This document shows, one piece after another, positions 60,966-64,000 of a stretch of DNA of 64,000 bases; the first letter of the stretch is position 1, and the number at the start of each line of letters is the position of its first letter. The DNA is taken from positions 26,870,560 through 26,934,559 of the forward strand of contig NC_134027.1 in assembly GCF_964204645.1 (NCBI RefSeq), in the 5' to 3' direction. Under the pieces are notes generated by a model, which worked only from the letters and a program-made list of their open reading frames with translations, ran no database searches and was not told where the DNA came from. The DNA comes from Tubulanus polymorphus (Eukaryota > Animalia > Nemertea). Position numbers and translations under genes: made by a program.

Positions 60966-63806
60966 GACCTGCTGCATATGGCGTCACAAGCCCCGAGGCT
61001 TGTCACGCCATATTGGGGCCTGACACGCCATGTGGTAAACGTAAAATGAAAATCAAATCCTATGCATGAGATGAAACGTCGACTAAGTCTCGCGGGTTTT
61101 TCTTCCGAAGTTGAAATATTCGGTTGGATATTAATTTGTCTTAGATGATTTACAACGTATTATATATACATAATAAGAACTACATATTACATCGCATTTA
61201 CACTAAAATGAGTTTAACAGAATAGAAATTGATCGTTGTTTGTTAATCTAATGCAGTGTACACACATTTTGAAACACAATTTAAACAATCATATATTTCG
61301 CCAGCATATGAAAAATACAAAAACATTACATATATATCTACTAAATGAGTTTTACACAATAAAGATTTTAATTAACTATCTTACATTTCAATGAATCATT
61401 CATCTATTTCACATGATTTGTTGATCAATTAGTCTTAGAAGAACATGGATAATGTTAGAAAAACATATATGGTGAGCCAGGCTCCAATCTAGTGTGATCT
61501 GCAGTCATATTGCTCCTAAAATCGCTAAGCCTTCTACATGGCGTGTCAGGCCCCAAATGTTCTGCAGCCAATATGGCGTGTCAAGCCCCAAATTGTCTGC
61601 AGAATAGCTTCAATAATTGAAACATGGTTTGTCGAACGGTTTTCTATGGAAGCAATTAAATTATATCTTTAGTTTCAATTAGTTATATATTGTTCATGAT
61701 TTGATAATCACAAAACAAATACTGCTAGAAAAACCGCGATTTGTCTTCTATATGGCGTGTCAAGCCCCGAATGTTCTGCGGCCAATATGGCGTGTCAGGC
61801 CCCAAATGGTCTGCAGAATAGCTTCAATTGAAACATGGCGTGAGAGGACCCGATCAGTTTTCCTATAATTGTCACTAATTATCATAAATATTCAAAGATT
61901 TATCATTCTACATGGTTTGTCAATCATTTAGACTTAGAAAGAAAGCAAATATTGTTTCAAAAATAGCTCCTCAAATCACGCTGTCTTCTACATGGCGTGT
62001 CAGGCCCCAAACGGTCTGCAGCCAATATGGCGTGTCAGGCCCCAAACGGTCTGCAGAATAGCTTCAATTGAGATATGGCGTGAGAGGACCCGAACGATTT
62101 TCCGTACAAACAAATGAATAATTGTCACTAATTATCATAAATATTCAAAGATTTATCATTCTACATGGTTTGTCAATCATTTAGACTTAGAAAAAAGGCA
62201 AATATTGTTTCAAAAAGCTCCTAAAATCACGCTGTCTTCTACATGGCGTGTCAAGCCCCAAACGGTCTGCAGAATAACTTCAATTGAGACATGGCGTGAG
62301 TGAGAGGACCCGATCGATTTTCCGTACAAACAAATGAATAATTGTCATTAATTATCATAAATATTCAAAGATTTATCATTCTCCGTGGATTGTCAGTCAT
62401 TTAGACTCAGAAAAAAGGCAAATATTGTTTCAAAAATAGCTCCTCAAATCACGCTGTCTTTCACATGGCGTGTCAGGCCCCAAATGTTCTGCAGCCAATA
62501 TGGCGTGTCAGGCCCCAAACGGTCTGCAGAATAGCTTCAATTGAGACATGGCGTGAGAAGACCCGAACGATTTTCCGTACAAACAAATGAATAATTGTCA
62601 TTGATTATCATAAATATTCAAAGATTTATCATTCTACGTGGATTGTCAATCATTTAGACTCAGAACAAAAGGCAAATATTGTTTCAAAAAGCTCCTAAAA
62701 TCACGCTGTCTTCTACATGGCGTGTCAAGCCCCAAACGGTCTGCAGTCAATATGGCGTGTCAGGCCCCAAACGGTCTGCAGAATAGCTTCAATTGAGACA
62801 TGGCGTGAGAAGACCCGAACGATTTTTCCGTACAAACAAATGAATAATTGTCACTAATTGTCTTAAATGTTCAAAGATTAATCCTTCTATATGATTTGTC
62901 AATTATTTAGTCTTAGAAAAAAAAGCAAATACTGTTACAAAAAGCTCCTAAAACCACGCTGTCTTCTACATGGCGTGTCAGGCCCCAATGGCGTGAGAGT
63001 ACGCGATCAGTTTTCTATGGAAGCAATTAATTGTCACTAATCATATCTTTAGTTTCAATTAGTTATATATTGTTCATAATCATAAAGTCTAAAAAAAAAC
63101 AAATACTGCTAGAAAAATCGCGATTTGTCTTCTATATGGCGTGTCAGGCCCCAAACGGTCTACAGAATATAGCTTCAATTTACATGGCGTGAGAGGACCC
63201 GATCAGTTTTCCGTAGAAATAAATGAAAAATTGTGACTGATTATCTTAAATTAGTACAATAATCATTAAGTCTTAGAAATAGGTTTATAAATCGTTGTTT
63301 CTATTTTGTTCATATGTAAAAATATACAAAATCGCTTATGTAAATGTAGCTGATGATCTCCTGATCGTCTCGCACCATAACGGAAACCTGTAAAAAACAT
63401 ATTCGAAGAATTTTACATAAAAATCTTTCGATATATATGCATCTGAATATAGTTATGAAGTAAAAACGGGATATAATTTTCTTTCAAAGTGGTTGCACTG
63501 AACGGAATACTACAATATAACGTATAAGTACATATTATATTTAGACAATATTTAGTAAGTATATATTTAGACAATAAGTTAAGAAAAAATAGAAATTCAT
63601 TACACATTGACATACCGGTACTTGAAATTATCTCATTCAGGTTTTACACGTCGTATCGGACTTAAAAACGTGGTCCGTTCGACGCGAACATATATCTTCG
63701 TTCCGCGTGAATTATATATAGTCTGCATTTTACTCGGGGCTTGTGACGCCATGTCAGATATGGCGTGACAAGCCCCGGGGCTTGTGACGCCATGTTCTGC
63801 TGATTC
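60966..63806. mobile_element. Non-autonomous TIR element with TTAA flanks and an internal tandem array (Kolobok-like candidate)
   Basis: The left end CAATCTTAAGA..ATGGCGTCACAAGCCCCGAGGCTTGTCACGCCATAT is inverted relative to the right end ATATGGCGTGACAAGCCCCGGGGCTTGTGACGCCAT..TCTTAAGATTG. TTAA lies at 60962-60965 and 63807-63810. No transposase ORF is present. Confidence 0.7.
61530..63215. repeat. ~220-250-bp tandem satellite with 35-bp subrepeats (ATGGCGTGTCAGGCCCCAAACGGTCTGCAG)
   Basis: Units start at about 61752, 61992, 62243, 62465, 62717 and 62970, with diverged flanking units near 61538 and 63136. Confidence 0.93.
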
Positions 63807-64000
63807 TTAAGATTGACTTCACTCGTCATTTTAGCCACGTATCTACCGTCAGGTGCTTCCACACGGTGGCAGATTGTAGAACTATCATTGTCAAACCACC
63901 GCTTCGCTTCAAAAACCTGAGTAGTTTTCAAAGGCAGTGGTCAGGAGCACATTGACTTATCAGTCTTATTTTATTGGGTGGAAAGTTTCGAAACGTTTTT

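Noticed and set aside
61530-63215. CRISPR-like appearance of recurring 35-bp motifs separated by AT-rich sequence
   Set aside because: The intervening sequences are themselves repeated rather than unique spacers. There are no cas genes and the context is eukaryotic.
63662-63931. 89-aa minus-strand ORF
   Set aside because: It crosses the right TIR of the repeat element, has no recognisable domain, and shows no clear splice structure.

Overview
This is AT-rich eukaryotic genomic DNA from an animal, probably a bilaterian invertebrate, with short GT-AG introns. No prokaryotic features, rRNA genes or CRISPR arrays are visible. I reconstructed eight spliced protein-coding genes by hand with phase-consistent exons: the 3' part of a single-pass membrane protein with PPxY motifs (+), a GEX1/Kar5/Brambleberry-family nuclear-fusion protein (+), GAS8/DRC4 (-), a DOK4/5/6-type adaptor (-), POP4/Rpp29 (+), an SLC25A20-like carnitine/acylcarnitine carrier (-), a USP4/11/15-family deubiquitinase (+) and NUDCD1 (-). 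An ~20 kb stretch without long ORFs lies upstream of the DOK gene. The most notable non-coding structures are: (1) a tandem pair of minimal hammerhead-ribozyme motifs inside an inverted-repeat, Penelope-like relic at ~22.7-23.0 kb; (2) a ~2.85 kb TTAA-flanked, TIR-bounded element full of ATGGCGTG motif arrays, starting ~15 bp upstream of the NUDCD1 start codon; (3) an apparently identical A-B-A-C-B duplication between the convergent POP4 and SLC25A20 3' ends; (4) several MITE families (piggyBac-like, Harbinger-like with an in-window empty site, and 5-bp-TSD hAT-like); and (5) a GC-AG intron in the USP gene. Gene names rest on my recollection of family motifs, not on database searches.
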